64,000 bases of DNA from Obrimoposthia wandeli (taxonomy: Eukaryota), in NCBI GenBank assembly GCA_977020255.1, contig CDROCS010004136.1:1-64000 (forward strand), read 5' to 3'. The notes beneath the pieces were generated by a model. That model saw nothing but the letters and a program-made list of their open reading frames with translations. It made no database searches and had not been told where the DNA came from. Each line of letters opens with the position of its first letter. The stretch's first letter is position 1. The position numbers and the translations under genes were made by a program. Positions 62,583 to 64,000 of this stretch are shown here, piece by piece.

Positions 62583-64000
62583 ATGATTATTGGCCGTATT
62601 TCTCTGTTACAAGGAAGTGCTTTAGCTGTAAAACCTGATGGTAGCACTAGAGAACTCAGTCTTGGTAGCACTGTAAACTCTGATGAGATGATAAGTGTTG
62701 CAGCTGGTGGCAGGGTTGAAATTACACTTCAAAACGGCGAAGTAATAAGTATAGCTGGCGGTGAGGTATGGACAGTACCAACTGTAAACGTACAAGTCCA
62801 AGAAGAGGCGAATGAGGTAGAGCTAGGTACACTAGAGGCCTTACAACAGGCCATTTTGGCGGGTGTTGATCCGACGGCCATTGCTGAAGCCACTGCTGCA
62901 GGTACACAAGGTGCTGCTGGAGCTCAAGGCGGTAATGAAGGAAGTAGCTTTATTAGGATAGAGCGAGGCTCCGAGTCAGCGATTGAGAGTGGGTTAGAGT
63001 TTCATACGATAGAGCAAGGAGTTGCTGGTGCAATATCTTCTAATGGAGGTTTTGATGAACTAATCTCTCCATCAATCGTCTTTTTCGCTACTGATAATGT
63101 AGGAGATGAGACAGGTGGCATCATCAATGGCAGTACTACAGATGATTCCCAGCCTACATTCGAAGGCGTTGGAGCTACTCCAGGAGCTCTCATAAGAATA
63201 TATGATCAAGGTGTCGAAATAGCATCGGTGACTGTAGGTCCAACTGGAGTCTGGGCGATAGAGTTACCCACTGTACTCACTGAAACTGAGCACGTTATTA
63301 CAGTGACTCAGCAAATACCGGGGACTGCTGAGAGTTTACCTTCATTACCTTTAGTCTTTGTCGTAAGCGTAACAGTAATAGATGTCACAGCCCCCGCAGT
63401 ACCGGTGCTTGTGTCTATCACCGATGATGTGGGCAGTGCGCCAGATATTGGTGAAGTTGCAGAGGGCAGTAAAACAGATGATGCGCGCCCGCAGATCAGC
63501 GGTACAGCAGAAGCGAATAGCCTGGTTACGGTACGGGATAACGGTGTGGTCATCGGCAGTACGCTGGCCGATGGCGATGGCAACTGGACTCTAGAGCCTG
63601 CGTTGCCGCTATCGCAAGGTGGTCACAGCCTCACCGTGACGGCGACCGATGCAGAGGGTGATGTATCACCGGCCAGCACGGGGCGCAGTTTTACGGTTGA
63701 ACTGCCCGGCTCAAAAGCGCCCTCCATCGAAACGGTCTACGATGACAAAACACCGATTGAAGGAGAGGTGGCCAAAGGCACAGGTATCACAAACGATAAG
63801 AGTCCATTGATCAGCGGATCTGCAGAGGCCCTATCGATTGTGACGGTGTACGGTAATAATGGCCGTGAACTGGGTTCGGCGACGACTGATAGCGACGGTA
63901 ACTGGTCGCTAGACTTAGGTGCCCTGATCCCGGTGGTTGAACTGGTTGAAGGGAGCAACGCGCTCACGGCGGATGCGACCCTCAATGGCGTCACCAGTGC
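62583..64000 (+). CDS. Large RTX/LapA-type adhesin, N-terminal part (retention module plus bacterial Ig-like repeats); runs off the window and is absent from the ORF track
   Basis: RBS AAGGAG, then MIIGRISLLQGSALAVKPDGSTRELSLG...LQQAILAGVDPTAIAEATAAG, and an open frame to the window end with ~100-aa repeats (TDDSQPTFEG, TDDARPQISG, TNDKSPLISG; DGNWT/S). Confidence 0.9.
   Translation, partial: MIIGRISLLQGSALAVKPDGSTRELSLGSTVNSDEMISVAAGGRVEITLQNGEVISIAGGEVWTVPTVNVQVQEEANEVELGTLEALQQAILAGVDPTAIAEATAAGTQGAAGAQGGNEGSSFIRIERGSESAIESGLEFHTIEQGVAGAISSNGGFDELISPSIVFFATDNVGDETGGIINGSTTDDSQPTFEGVGATPGALIRIYDQGVEIASVTVGPTGVWAIELPTVLTETEHVITVTQQIPGTAESLPSLPLVFVVSVTVIDVTAPAVPVLVSITDDVGSAPDIGEVAEGSKTDDARPQISGTAEANSLVTVRDNGVVIGSTLADGDGNWTLEPALPLSQGGHSLTVTATDAEGDVSPASTGRSFTVELPGSKAPSIETVYDDKTPIEGEVAKGTGITNDKSPLISGSAEALSIVTVYGNNGRELGSATTDSDGNWSLDLGALIPVVELVEGSNALTADATLNGVTS

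Overview
A 64 kb chromosomal window from a marine-type gammaproteobacterium. Oceanospirillales-like is my inference from the iscR-sufBCDS-sufA-sufT-sufE cluster, the TGITTTGTPH-type TrpRS and the slt-proS and trxB-aat-ate-infA gene orders. I found no rRNA, tRNA, CRISPR array, IS element or phage genes. Bases 1-12.2 kb hold a CrbS-type SLC5-transceptor hybrid kinase divergent from a Liv-type ABC transporter operon interleaved with two acyl-CoA-ligase-like genes and a thioesterase. Most genes in that stretch carry garbled indel patches, probably consensus errors. The middle holds housekeeping, stress and signalling genes: gst, yaaA, trpS with a C-terminal extension, sseA, dyp, a DEAD-box helicase, a GGDEF/EAL protein, a degenerate HD-GYP regulator, ada, two chemoreceptors and ibpA with a ROSE thermometer. 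The right end holds pssA, the suf cluster, proS, infA, ate, aat, prx, trxB and the 5' end of a retention-module/Ig-repeat adhesin missing from the ORF track. The best new-system candidate is a NOX-like flavocytochrome, a two-component system and a 61-aa membrane microprotein, whose two promoters share a matching 20-bp box at the same distance from a -10 element. Other leads are an Ada box pointing at an EamA exporter, candidate CrbR-type operators ahead of the ABC/CoA-ligase operon, and a LexA-type palindrome upstream of the adhesin.
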